Positions 47,167 to 56,690 of a DNA stretch of 64,000 nt are shown one piece after another. The notes beneath the pieces were generated by a model. That model had not been told where the DNA came from. It worked only from the letters and a program-made list of their open reading frames with translations, and ran no database searches. This stretch comes from a virus. The stretch covers positions 1-64,000 of the IMG/VR virus record IMGVR_UViG_3300045988_103907; one strand, 5' to 3'. The translations under genes and the position numbers were made by a program. Position 1 is the first letter of the stretch; each line of letters opens with the position of its first letter.

Positions 47167-47523
47167 TTTATATCACTCCTTCCGGCCATGTTCCCTTGTT
47201 AACCGCTCATTTTGAGCATCGTCAAGCTTAATCACCTTCCGCTCACTCTGAGCATCAGCAAGAGAGGCTACTTTCATCATACTATACACAAGCACGATAT
47301 TAGCCACCATAAGCAAAAACTATCATAGTCCACATTATACTACCCTCACATTTCTTTTGGCTTGATTATCTTGTATTGAGGTCGTCTCAAGCATACACCG
47401 CATAAAGATATTATTCAACACAATTATCAAAATTACCAAAATTTTACTAATAATCCTACGTCATCAATAGTTATATCATCGGTCTACACATCCTTTTGTT
47501 AAGTATCCACAAGAACCCGGATT

Positions 47524-47814
47524 TTACTCCGTCTCTGCCTTTCCACCAACTCCGGCGATAAACACCCGATGCTTTCCATTCTCGTCACGCTGCCAATCAC
47601 CACCAAGCATCTCAACAGTATTCAAGGCTGTATGATAAATCTCAACGGAATCCATTGCCTTTTCTTCATCTCCAAAATCATTGGTATGAATCCAACGCCA
47701 ATTATTATCCAACCAGCTGACAACTTTCATAACACCAGCCCGCAGTTCTTTTTCTTTCGTGTTTGTCATTTTTCCACTCCTTTGTTTTACATATCCTGGT
47801 TCACGGCATTCCAT
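47524..47814 (-). CDS. Hypothetical protein
   Basis: 96 aa. Confidence 0.3.
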   Translation of the reverse strand: MECREPGYVKQRSGKMTNTKEKELRAGVMKVVSWLDNNWRWIHTNDFGDEEKAMDSVEIYHTALNTVEMLGGDWQRDENGKHRVFIAGVGGKAETE

Positions 47815-48296
47815 ACCTCAGTCGAAATCATGTCGTTCTCATCGGATAGGCGATCAATCCAAGCATTGAGCACTTCACGGTACACTGTCATATTTGGACA
47901 AAAATGACTGTTGGTGAATACCGGCATATCGTCATTACACAGAATTCTCATAATAGCAGCACACACGGCTGCAGATCTTGATACACCAGCACCACAATTC
48001 ACGCAGAACCAATCCGTCTTATCTGCTTCGTGATTGTCAAGAACAAACTTCACAATATTCTTGGCCTGAACATCCGTAATGCAGGTGCCTTCCAAATCAG
48101 TAGTGCAATCATCAAACTTCAGCGGTAGAAAAGTAATATTACCCTCACACTTATGAAAATCAATATGATGACCATTAGCTTCAGTGATTGAGATAAACCG
48201 AATCCGTTCAAAATGTGGCCGTCGGATAAAGTCTTCTGCATCTTCTGCGCTCATCACCGAGAACTTCCATTTTCTTCGATACATAGTAATAATCAT
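47787..48296 (-). CDS. CX5R dual-specificity/tyrosine phosphatase-like protein
   Basis: WFCVNCGAGVSRSAAVCAAIM (HCxAGxxRS-type P-loop). Confidence 0.6.
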   Translation of the reverse strand: MIITMYRRKWKFSVMSAEDAEDFIRRPHFERIRFISITEANGHHIDFHKCEGNITFLPLKFDDCTTDLEGTCITDVQAKNIVKFVLDNHEADKTDWFCVNCGAGVSRSAAVCAAIMRILCNDDMPVFTNSHFCPNMTVYREVLNAWIDRLSDENDMISTEVWNAVNQDM

Positions 48297-48317
48297 TTCG
48301 TTTTCCCTCCAAAGAAT

Positions 48318-48560
48318 TTAGGTTTTATATGGGTCTACGTTAAAAGCTTCCTTGATATATTCTGCCTTAACCCTTTCGAGCACTTCATCGACGATGTTAA
48401 TAGCAATTTCTAACCCATGCACTTTACCATGTAGATATATTCTGTCACCATTCTTTTTCATATCGAGAGCAGACTCAAAATGCTCTCGTCTAGCGTCAAT
48501 GTATTCATCATATAATCGATTGTAAATTTCTTCCAGTTCTTTCATATTCGCACCTCCCAC
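48318..48560 (-). CDS. Hypothetical protein
   Basis: 80 aa. Confidence 0.3.
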   Translation of the reverse strand: MGGANMKELEEIYNRLYDEYIDARREHFESALDMKKNGDRIYLHGKVHGLEIAINIVDEVLERVKAEYIKEAFNVDPYKT

Positions 48561-48831
48561 TCAAAACACAAACGGATTGTTGTTCACTGTTATTATAATT
48601 GCCACATTCAAAGCAAACATTATAAATGCGGTCATTCCCTATCACCTCAATTTCTAAATTCAATATCTACAACAATATTCTCAGGCTCTGTCATGTACCT
48701 TCGTGCCAGCAGTTCTACCATGCGTTCCTTGTCCCCAAGATTGCTATTACGCAAAAGATACGAATAAACTTGTCTGCCTCTATACAAGAACACAGCCCAT
48801 GCATTTCTCCTCAATGGATTCGTGGTCTTAA

Positions 48832-49176
48832 TCATTCCATCGCTTCCTCCAGAGAGGTGGTCACGTCACCAAAGTCAAAGTCCAGAGCACCAATCATATC
48901 ATCCAAAGCGTCTACTGCATCAGACAGGTTTGTACAAGCCTCGTCTGCCTTATCATACCGCTCACTCCCCTGCAGATTCTCAGGCATGTTATCACGATAC
49001 TCTTCTTCTTCCCACTGAATATCCTCAACGTCTGATTTTACACTTTCGAACTCCGACACCAGCTCATCCAGCTTCTTACGGATAGAATCAAAGCGGTCAA
49101 TGGTCTGCTTAATGTTTTTTCTACGAGTGTTATTCATTTTCAAATCTCCTCTCAATCTACAATACCAAGCTTGCAA
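48832..49176 (-). CDS. Acidic coiled-coil hypothetical protein
   Basis: 114 aa. Confidence 0.3.
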   Translation of the reverse strand: MQAWYCRLRGDLKMNNTRRKNIKQTIDRFDSIRKKLDELVSEFESVKSDVEDIQWEEEEYRDNMPENLQGSERYDKADEACTNLSDAVDALDDMIGALDFDFGDVTTSLEEAME

Positions 49177-49553
49177 ATGTTTTTCGGATCAGTGATATAA
49201 CCAAACGTCAATGTGTTTCGCAGATACCCTTTATACTCAAATCCACGATCACGAGCTGCCAAACGACACACATCTCGAATCGCAGACTCTCTCGGCCAAG
49301 AAACACCAGCCAACTGATACTTCCACTGAAGATCTCTCAGCTTCTGCCATTCAATCACAGGCTTCTTTTCATCTTCGAAACACAAGCCATTCTGCACGGC
49401 ATACTTCAGAGCATCACACCGCTTGCTCTCTTCCGATGTGCAAGTTCCCCACTCATTTTCGAGACGGCGATACGCCCTATCAAACGGTGCTTGCTTCACT
49501 GCATCAATACCAAACGCTGCGCCAAGCAGGCCCAAACCAAGTAACAGTCCCAT
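49152..49553 (-). CDS. Secreted hypothetical protein (signal peptide)
   Basis: MGLLLGLGLLGAAFGIDA N-terminus. Confidence 0.35.
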   Translation of the reverse strand: MGLLLGLGLLGAAFGIDAVKQAPFDRAYRRLENEWGTCTSEESKRCDALKYAVQNGLCFEDEKKPVIEWQKLRDLQWKYQLAGVSWPRESAIRDVCRLAARDRGFEYKGYLRNTLTFGYITDPKNICKLGIVD

Positions 49554-49568
49554 AATTCAAACCTCCAT

Positions 49569-50258
49569 TTATGCTGTTCCCAGCTCTCTTTTAACAAGCG
49601 GACGACGTTTTGTTGCGTTTTTCAACCAATCGTTTCCACTAGGAGCTTGTCTATCCACTCTTGTATTACGGCCACTCCCTATCGGACACACCCGTCGATA
49701 ATCATCAACGGTCTTACAACCAAGAGATTCAGCTTCGTCCAGTGCTTTTCGCACATAAGCCCATGTACCACCGCCTAGATCAGAACACTTTCCAATCACG
49801 GCAAGCACGAGTTCATCACCCATACGCTCAACATATTCTGCCAATGCCTTCTTTCCTGTGGCACCGAGCTTCCCGATATTCTCTCGAAATACGTCCTCGA
49901 TAGATTTCGTCGTTGTCTCTTCATAAGACGAAGACGATATCTTTTCTTTTTCTTTCTCTTTTTCTTTTTCTAGCTTGCTCTTGCTTGCGTTTGCTTCGTT
50001 TTGCTTACGCTTGCTTTCTCCGCCAGCCCTTCCAGAAATGCGCTTACCTTCGATGTATTCAGCATCCTTAATTAAATCCCTCTTGATAGCAGGCCACACA
50101 TACCGCTCATTTCCGTTAAGTTCAGGCTCCGTTCCAGACGATTTATATTTCATCATCGCCAGTACCAGACGCCCCACCTCAGCAGCACTAAGTGGTTCAA
50201 AGTAGCTCTCATAAGTATCCCAGATTTTAATATAAGTATCAGCCATCATACACCTCAA
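49569..50258 (-). CDS. Hypothetical protein with KE-repeat linker and DnaD-like C-terminal region (possible replication-associated)
   Basis: KSKLEKEKEKEKEK low-complexity run; C-terminal LAEYVERMGDELVLAVIGKCSDLGGGTWAYVRKALDEAE reminiscent of DnaD-like domains. Confidence 0.35.
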   Translation of the reverse strand: MRCMMADTYIKIWDTYESYFEPLSAAEVGRLVLAMMKYKSSGTEPELNGNERYVWPAIKRDLIKDAEYIEGKRISGRAGGESKRKQNEANASKSKLEKEKEKEKEKISSSSYEETTTKSIEDVFRENIGKLGATGKKALAEYVERMGDELVLAVIGKCSDLGGGTWAYVRKALDEAESLGCKTVDDYRRVCPIGSGRNTRVDRQAPSGNDWLKNATKRRPLVKRELGTA

Positions 50259-51124
50259 GAGTCTTCATGACAGTCCACGCCATAATCAATCCCAGAGTAG
50301 TATTCATCATCCACTTCTTCATCCAGACCAATATAGCGAAGCGTAATTGCCTGACTACTGTGATTCAGACTATGCTGCAACCACGCAAGAGCTTTTACGT
50401 CATTTGGATGAGATTCAATAAACTGATATCCGAAAGTTTTGCGGCAACTATGAGAACCAAGCTGTACAGAAAGATTTAACTCCTTACCAACTTGACGCAT
50501 GATTCTACCAAAAGAATCTACATCAAGCGGATCGCCCATTTCTTTTGGATTCGCATCATACTTACGGAACACATCAGATTTACTCACGCTTGTTCCACCG
50601 TTTGTTCTCATGGAGTTCTTCCAACTGCCTTGCCGAGACGGGAAGAGCCAATCGTCATAAGACAATCCATCAATATTGATATAAGTTTGAATACACTTTA
50701 ATGCCGGGACCGGAACTTTAAGAATGCGATACTTATTTGTTTTCTTTTCCTTAACACGAAGTTTTGCGTTGAAATTCACCACAACCTTTCCATTCATATC
50801 TGTAGCTGCTACATCAGAAACCTTCAAACGAAGCAAATCACTTGCTCTGAATCCTGTGCAACATCCTACATTAAACAAACACCAGTTGCGGTACTGACGT
50901 TTAATCCAAAAATATTCTGAAATACGTTTGATATCCTCTTTGTCTTTAATTGGCTGAACTGACCCATGATTTGCTTCCATACGAGTTAGGCTATAATTCT
51001 TTTTAACTACGTTCTGACGTTTTTCTTTGTTAGAAGAATCGTAGTCAGAAAAATCAAGAGCAACAGTATTTTCGATTTTCTTTTCGTTTTCAAGCGCACT
51101 CATCACATTCACCTTAAACTCCAT
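50255..51124 (-). CDS. Second tyrosine recombinase (XerC/D-like)
   Basis: LGSHSCRKTFG ... LQHSLNHSSQAITLRYI (R, H-x-x-R, H, Y). Confidence 0.7.
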   Translation of the reverse strand: MEFKVNVMSALENEKKIENTVALDFSDYDSSNKEKRQNVVKKNYSLTRMEANHGSVQPIKDKEDIKRISEYFWIKRQYRNWCLFNVGCCTGFRASDLLRLKVSDVAATDMNGKVVVNFNAKLRVKEKKTNKYRILKVPVPALKCIQTYINIDGLSYDDWLFPSRQGSWKNSMRTNGGTSVSKSDVFRKYDANPKEMGDPLDVDSFGRIMRQVGKELNLSVQLGSHSCRKTFGYQFIESHPNDVKALAWLQHSLNHSSQAITLRYIGLDEEVDDEYYSGIDYGVDCHEDS

Positions 51125-51338
51125 ACTTCAAACAATACTTACCGTAAGATAATCCTTCAGCATCTGCCATTCTTACAATCTCAACAAATGTTGGTTTATG
51201 TTTCTTTTTGTTCTTACATCGAATGGATGCCTCATTTCTTATTATCTTACGACATTTATCACAATAGAGCTTTCCACATTTAGGGCCATACCATGTAATG
51301 CCACAGCGATTACACGTTATGTTTCCATATACCATCAT
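51114..51338 (-). CDS. Zinc-ribbon hypothetical protein
   Basis: CNRCG...CGKLYCDKC; 74 aa. Confidence 0.35.
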   Translation of the reverse strand: MMVYGNITCNRCGITWYGPKCGKLYCDKCRKIIRNEASIRCKNKKKHKPTFVEIVRMADAEGLSYGKYCLKYGV

Positions 51339-51341
51339 AAT

Positions 51342-51611
51342 TCACACCTCAAACTTGTCAATTTTCCAATGATGTCGATAGTAATTTCCAGAGCTCCCAC
51401 TCACAACGGACGCCTCACATGAATCACACCACGTTTCGTCCTGGTTCACACTATTTCCTTCCGAGTCCCGGCAATCCTTATAAAGCAAGAACATCTTTTC
51501 AGACAACTTCTCTTTATCTTTGTTAGTGGTAATAATATTCCCTTCCGCGTAGAAATCGCTAGAGTCGATACATTCATGTAAAATATGAATCGTCATTTTT
51601 ATGTACCTCAA
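51342..51611 (-). CDS. Hypothetical protein
   Basis: 89 aa. Confidence 0.3.
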   Translation of the reverse strand: MRYIKMTIHILHECIDSSDFYAEGNIITTNKDKEKLSEKMFLLYKDCRDSEGNSVNQDETWCDSCEASVVSGSSGNYYRHHWKIDKFEV

Positions 51612-52228
51612 TTCTTTTCAAACAGATCGTTGCGAACTTTCGGAGTAAACTGACGAGTGTCAAGTTGCTCAATGGCAGTTTCCAACCTACCATCCATCCA
51701 GCCCTTATCTTTTTCATTCATAATGATTTCAAGCAAAAACTTTGCATCCTTAGCTTCCCTACGCTTCCGGCGAGCCCTTTTAAGTTCTGCCATAAGCTGA
51801 TAACCTTGCGCTGCGTTTACAGTCTTGAACTCAATAGCGTGTTCCAGATCATCAATCTCGTCGCCTGCAGCAGTTAAGTCACCATACACTTTTGAATACA
51901 TTTCATTCAGATTACACATAGTCCTATCCGTAATGACCAAATCCTTTTTGAGTTTTGCAAGCCATTCGGAATCTTCCATCTGAAATGCGTATGTATTCGG
52001 CCTTACAACCGGAGCCGTTATATTCGGACTTTTGCCTGCGATGGTAGCTTCATCCATAGACTTCGGTGCGTAGTGCCCGCTCTTATACCCGGCGGGAAGC
52101 TTGTTGATTTCACAAATCGCCAGTCCCTTAGATTCAAACTGTAACGCCAGGTTAATATCACAAGTTGCACAAATCCGACCCCCTTTCCGCTTCATAATAT
52201 AGTTATGACCATTCGATATTACGTACAT
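51608..52228 (-). CDS. Hypothetical protein
   Basis: 206 aa. Confidence 0.35.
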   Translation of the reverse strand: MYVISNGHNYIMKRKGGRICATCDINLALQFESKGLAICEINKLPAGYKSGHYAPKSMDEATIAGKSPNITAPVVRPNTYAFQMEDSEWLAKLKKDLVITDRTMCNLNEMYSKVYGDLTAAGDEIDDLEHAIEFKTVNAAQGYQLMAELKRARRKRREAKDAKFLLEIIMNEKDKGWMDGRLETAIEQLDTRQFTPKVRNDLFEKN

Positions 52229-53533
52229 TTACTTGTTCTCCTGTTCTTTCATCAGTTCTTTGACCGCTTTCTTAAACACTCGCATGGCTTTATCATTCTC
52301 AAGAAACACTTTTGTCTTGGGACTCGGAGCCCGACCATGAATACGTTTGTACTGCTTCATCATATTATCCATCTTGGTGAATCCAATCCTGTTATAAACC
52401 ATACGATAAGTCCTGTGATAATGAATGGTTTTATCACCAAGCTTTTGTGCCAACGGTTCGATGATCGGGACCAGGTAAGTTGCCGTCTCACTCTGCTTCT
52501 TAGGCTTCTCATTAACAACTTCCTTGGCTTCCACCTCAACCACGGGAGCATCACTTACATTTACTTCAGGAATTACTTTAATAGTATTCAAAACTGGGCG
52601 AAGTTCATTTTGATTCTGATGCAGACGTTCAATAGATGCCGCGTACATATCTGCGACAACAGCACCCATAACGGATTTCCAAGTGGAGTCCTCTTCGATA
52701 ATATCAATCGTAGAGATTTTCCCACTACGATTCGTTCTTTTAACATACTTCGCACGAGCGTCTTCCAAAACGAAACCATAATTACGATTCAGATATTCAT
52801 AGATCTTGTGAATCGTTTCTTTATTCGTATAACCTTTTGTATTTGCAATCACACCAATCTTGCTATACAAATCTTTACGCCAGCCACTCATTTCATCCTG
52901 AAACACATTGCGAGGAGTGTAGCTCTTAGCACGAATCGCGTTATCCATCTGCTTTTCCTTAATCTGATGAACACACTGAGATACACTGCTAATTGCATTC
53001 AGTGCTTCATTGCTGGTGGCACGAGCTTCCTCAATCTGGTCACTAAGATCCTTCCTAGTAGAATCAAGTTCACTCTGAAGATTCTTCATACTATCAAACA
53101 GAGCATGAAGTCTTACATCAATGAACTCCTTACTCAGTGCAGCGTCCATCTGAGGAGTAGCCAGAACGGAATCACCATGCATCAGAGATTCCATAATGTC
53201 CCAGCAAAAATCCATAAACGCATCTGCTTTCGGCTGACGAGAAAGACGGCAGATTTCCATAACACCACGCAAACTGTAACATACGACTTCACGTTCTACC
53301 GTTCTATTTCCTTCAACTTTAATCAAATTGATTAAGGTTGAAAGCGGATCAAGGCGGTCTGCGTTTCGCTTGTGAATTGTACCAATTGAGATTTGCGGAT
53401 TCCCATACTCAAGTGCCGCGCCAATCTGTTCACGGGTCATATAATACTGGTGTTTATCATTCTGGTACACATCCACATTCAGTGCGCCGAAGAGCTTAGA
53501 GGTTATTACGGTCATAGAATTGTTAGTAGCCAT
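52229..53533 (-). CDS. Bro-N/antirepressor-like protein
   Basis: N-terminal ...TREQIGAALEYGNPQISIGTIHKRNADRLD...EGNRTVEREVVCYSLRGVMEICRLSRQPKADAFMDF resembles Bro-N/KilAC-type domains; 434 aa. Confidence 0.45.
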   Translation of the reverse strand: MATNNSMTVITSKLFGALNVDVYQNDKHQYYMTREQIGAALEYGNPQISIGTIHKRNADRLDPLSTLINLIKVEGNRTVEREVVCYSLRGVMEICRLSRQPKADAFMDFCWDIMESLMHGDSVLATPQMDAALSKEFIDVRLHALFDSMKNLQSELDSTRKDLSDQIEEARATSNEALNAISSVSQCVHQIKEKQMDNAIRAKSYTPRNVFQDEMSGWRKDLYSKIGVIANTKGYTNKETIHKIYEYLNRNYGFVLEDARAKYVKRTNRSGKISTIDIIEEDSTWKSVMGAVVADMYAASIERLHQNQNELRPVLNTIKVIPEVNVSDAPVVEVEAKEVVNEKPKKQSETATYLVPIIEPLAQKLGDKTIHYHRTYRMVYNRIGFTKMDNMMKQYKRIHGRAPSPKTKVFLENDKAMRVFKKAVKELMKEQENK

Positions 53534-53554
53534 TTTGTTTTACTCCTTTTTATT

Positions 53555-53578
53555 TATTTAATAACGTAAATACGTTAT
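53555..53578. promoter_or_regulatory. Perfect palindrome TAATAACGTA-AA-TACGTTATTA upstream of the antirepressor-like gene
   Basis: Read in sequence; operator-like. Confidence 0.45.
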
Positions 53579-53615
53579 TATTTCGCTTTCGAATTTTCAT
53601 AGAAGAACTGTTTTA

Positions 53616-53876
53616 TCAAATTTCTACGATTTTCCACCAATCGTATACGTCACAAGCATCAATACGAATATCACCTTTTAATCGCAAAACACTAAAATTC
53701 TGTTCACCGTTTTCATCTTCATAATATCTACAATAATGATTTACAAGAATATCGTCCACTTGTTTGTTCATTTCATTTTCCGCCTCAAGAATCGTATTGA
53801 AACCCTTTTTATAAACAACTTCTGGGAGAAATGAATTCTCACCTTTTGCAATATAAATATTGATAAGTGCAAACAT
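53616..53876 (-). CDS. Hypothetical protein
   Basis: 86 aa, packed co-oriented ORF. Confidence 0.3.
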   Translation of the reverse strand: MFALINIYIAKGENSFLPEVVYKKGFNTILEAENEMNKQVDDILVNHYCRYYEDENGEQNFSVLRLKGDIRIDACDVYDWWKIVEI

Positions 53877-53897
53877 TTTGTCCTCACAATCTATTCA

Positions 53898-54158
53898 TCA
53901 AGCCGTCTCTTTTTCCATGTATTTCAAAGCGTTAGCGAGATATCTGAACTCCTTACTCTTGTGCATTCCATCAAACCACTGAGCAACATACCAGTTGCCA
54001 AGACAATCACAGCGACACTTCAATTTGCCAAACCTGAACTCCGGTCGTACCGTTGGCATCCTACTCAGCTTATTCCACAGGTTTAAAGCCTCTTCTCTAT
54101 TCATTGGAAATGATATCCAAGGCTCATGCCCATCTGTAAATTCAAGCTTCAAAACCAT
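53898..54158 (-). CDS. Hypothetical protein
   Basis: 86 aa. Confidence 0.3.
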   Translation of the reverse strand: MVLKLEFTDGHEPWISFPMNREEALNLWNKLSRMPTVRPEFRFGKLKCRCDCLGNWYVAQWFDGMHKSKEFRYLANALKYMEKETA

Positions 54159-54167
54159 ATCATCACC

Positions 54168-54380
54168 TCAAAACTGATATTTCCAAAACAGCTTTGCATT
54201 GCCGGTAATGGTCTGCAAATAACAAATATACTCACTAAAGGAGCACACGCCCTTCATTTTCATCTTACGTGCTCCCACAGCTCGCGCAGCCACCTTCGGA
54301 TCATAATCAACAGCGTCAATAAATGCACTGTCAATCATCTTCTGCTCAAACTCTTTAATCTTATTGACATCCATATCCAT
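54168..54380 (-). CDS. Hypothetical protein
   Basis: 70 aa. Confidence 0.3.
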   Translation of the reverse strand: MDMDVNKIKEFEQKMIDSAFIDAVDYDPKVAARAVGARKMKMKGVCSFSEYICYLQTITGNAKLFWKYQF

Positions 54381-54649
54381 TACTCCTTACACAGATTCTC
54401 AATTTTACGGGTCACTTTAAATCCTTGCCAAGTCCAACTCATATCTTTATTACCGACCAATGCAACCATTCCTTCTGGGTCAAATGCAATCTGAAAATCC
54501 TGATAGTCAGAATAAGTTGCCATGCACTCCTCTGAATCTCTTTTTATGAAATCCTTTGCCGCCCGTTCACTCTTAAAAAACTCCGGCTCAAATGCTGCGC
54601 CGTCAGAACTGCATTCAATAACGCACCAAACCTCATCACACAGTTTCAT
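54380..54649 (-). CDS. Hypothetical protein
   Basis: 89 aa. Confidence 0.3.
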   Translation of the reverse strand: MKLCDEVWCVIECSSDGAAFEPEFFKSERAAKDFIKRDSEECMATYSDYQDFQIAFDPEGMVALVGNKDMSWTWQGFKVTRKIENLCKE

Positions 54650-54661
54650 TTTTAAATCTCC

Positions 54662-54895
54662 TTACTCAAAATCCCACCATGCGTTAATAGATGTATTCGG
54701 AACATAAACCTCAAGCATATGATGACCGTCACGAATCCATTCAGGTTCATAACCTTCGTCTCGCAGTTCTTTCATTAAACTCTCAAAATCATTATTAACA
54801 GACTCCACCGCATCTTCCATTGTTTTGTGCTCTACACGGTAAGGACCATTGCACATCGTATCGTCATAAATAACAACCACTGCTTTATTTTTCAT
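54662..54895 (-). CDS. Hypothetical protein
   Basis: 77 aa. Confidence 0.3.
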   Translation of the reverse strand: MKNKAVVVIYDDTMCNGPYRVEHKTMEDAVESVNNDFESLMKELRDEGYEPEWIRDGHHMLEVYVPNTSINAWWDFE

Positions 54896-54905
54896 ATCTA
54901 AAACC

Positions 54906-55160
54906 TCAACAACAATCAGCTACAATTTTCTCAAGCATGTTCATAAATTCATTAAAATTATTAAAGCTATCACGTTTAATTTCTGCCCCGAAAATAGAAC
55001 AATAAAGAATCTTTGCGCCGCTATCAGGGGTATAATCAATGCCACAATTCTCATATGCTTGAATTAAATCAGACGGTTTGGCATTTACGACATATACATC
55101 ACCAAATTCTTCTACGATTAGAGTGCACTCATACCATAATCTTGTTTTATAATATTTCAT
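54906..55160 (-). CDS. Hypothetical protein
   Basis: 84 aa. Confidence 0.3.
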   Translation of the reverse strand: MKYYKTRLWYECTLIVEEFGDVYVVNAKPSDLIQAYENCGIDYTPDSGAKILYCSIFGAEIKRDSFNNFNEFMNMLEKIVADCC

Positions 55161-55177
55161 TTTCTAAAACCTCGATT

Positions 55178-55495
55178 TTATTTAATTTCAATATTCATTT
55201 TGCCAAATAAATATTTAACAGATTCTTCAATCGCATCAATAGACCAAACATTAGGATTACACACACCAAGAATTTTATCGCCAGAAGCATTATCACGTGC
55301 ATCACAAAAATGCCACCAGCTATTATCGCCAGCATCATATTCATAATAAACATCCACATCAATTTCAGGGTGACCATCTACATGATATTTAATCTGATCT
55401 TTATCATTAAATGTATCCGGTTTGTATCCACGTCCATTCCATCCAGAAGGATTCATCTTAGAAAGAAAATCTCTTGCAATTTCACGTGCCGTCAT
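55178..55495 (-). CDS. Hypothetical protein
   Basis: 105 aa. Confidence 0.3.
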   Translation of the reverse strand: MTAREIARDFLSKMNPSGWNGRGYKPDTFNDKDQIKYHVDGHPEIDVDVYYEYDAGDNSWWHFCDARDNASGDKILGVCNPNVWSIDAIEESVKYLFGKMNIEIK

Positions 55496-55686
55496 AAACT
55501 CATACTCCCTAAAATAAAAGCCTTTTTTGAATCAAAAGGTTTTAGTAGCTCAAACTTGTCGGTTTCTTCATTAAAAATTCCAACCGTCGCACCTTCTTTT
55601 AACCAATAAGAAAGTGTATCAAGTGCTTCCTTAATCTCGTCCATCGAGTTATCCCATCCACCATTGGAAACAATCACAACACTCAC
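55492..55686 (-). CDS. Hypothetical protein
   Basis: 64 aa. Confidence 0.3.
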   Translation of the reverse strand: MSVVIVSNGGWDNSMDEIKEALDTLSYWLKEGATVGIFNEETDKFELLKPFDSKKAFILGSMSL

Positions 55687-55943
55687 TCCCTTAATTCTCC
55701 ATCCTCATAATCAAAAACATGACAACAATCTTCGCAGCCTTTCTTATACAGGTCGGTTTGAATCTTATCATTTACTGCATCTTGCTCAATAACCGTAATT
55801 AAATCGTACCACGAAAATGTCTTTCCGTCTTTAGAGTAAAAAATCAGCATACCCGGATAGCATTCTTTGTCTGCCGACCCCGTGGCAATCAACCAACCAT
55901 TATGAATTTTGATTTTGAAATCATGTTCATTAACGTTAATCAT
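55683..55943 (-). CDS. Hypothetical protein
   Basis: 86 aa. Confidence 0.3.
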   Translation of the reverse strand: MINVNEHDFKIKIHNGWLIATGSADKECYPGMLIFYSKDGKTFSWYDLITVIEQDAVNDKIQTDLYKKGCEDCCHVFDYEDGELRE

Positions 55944-55956
55944 TCATCTTTCTCCT

Positions 55957-56151
55957 TTATATTATTATCTTCTCTTCACCAAGCGTTTCGGTTTCATACG
56001 TTGTATAGACAAGCTCTGTCGGCTTGCTGTAACACGTTTTCATCCAGTCAAGTTCTGCATCACGCAGCTCTTTTGTGGGATAGACTTCATGCCCTCTATA
56101 TGTATCGCCGTACATAAAGTGTCTGACAGAGTATTCAAGATGGTAATACAT
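55957..56151 (-). CDS. Hypothetical protein
   Basis: 64 aa. Confidence 0.3.
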   Translation of the reverse strand: MYYHLEYSVRHFMYGDTYRGHEVYPTKELRDAELDWMKTCYSKPTELVYTTYETETLGEEKIII

Positions 56152-56336
56152 TATCGTTTTTCCAACTCCTCACACACTTTTGCAATGATAGCCAAACCTG
56201 TACGCCGAAAATCTGCATTGTAAGGATTTTGTGCTTGAACATCTAAATGGTACAGCAATTTTTCCAAATCAGAGCTATATTCAACGCCTGCTGTTTTACA
56301 AAGGACCTCGGCCATCGCTTGAGTGTCATATTTCAT
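56151..56336 (-). CDS. Hypothetical protein
   Basis: 61 aa. Confidence 0.25.
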   Translation of the reverse strand: MKYDTQAMAEVLCKTAGVEYSSDLEKLLYHLDVQAQNPYNADFRRTGLAIIAKVCEELEKR

Positions 56337-56351
56337 AATAAAACTCTCCTT

Positions 56352-56687
56352 TTACACACTCACGTTCTCGTAAACCCAACCGACGCCTTTACTATGGAAT
56401 TCATCCACCCAAAGGAACCAATCATCTTGTGTAAAGTTACCAACTGGGAAACCTCTCCAATTCTGATCAAGAACTAATTCTCCACGTTCATTTTCCGTCC
56501 ATGCAATATCAGTATTCTCTCTCCAAAGACGTTCAACAAACTTATCACAGTCCTCTTTATTCCGACTCATTTTGTGCATCCACTGTGCATCCGAATATGA
56601 ATTATCAATAGGTTCTGCAACAGCACACGGGCAATTCTTACATGATTTTTCAATACAAGAAAAACAAGGACCGTTATAATAGCTCAT
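56352..56687 (-). CDS. Cys-rich hypothetical protein
   Basis: CFSCIEKSCKNCPC; 111 aa. Confidence 0.35.
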   Translation of the reverse strand: MSYYNGPCFSCIEKSCKNCPCAVAEPIDNSYSDAQWMHKMSRNKEDCDKFVERLWRENTDIAWTENERGELVLDQNWRGFPVGNFTQDDWFLWVDEFHSKGVGWVYENVSV

Positions 56688-56690
56688 AAT

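Noticed and set aside
49920-49980. CTTTTTC/TCTTT simple-sequence repeat
   Set aside because: It encodes the in-frame KEKEKEKEK linker of the gene 49569..50258. It is a low-complexity coding repeat, not an independent element.
52205-53335. 376-aa plus-strand ORF
   Set aside because: Antisense to the Bro-N-like gene 52229..53533; no RBS; it breaks the uniform minus-strand organisation.
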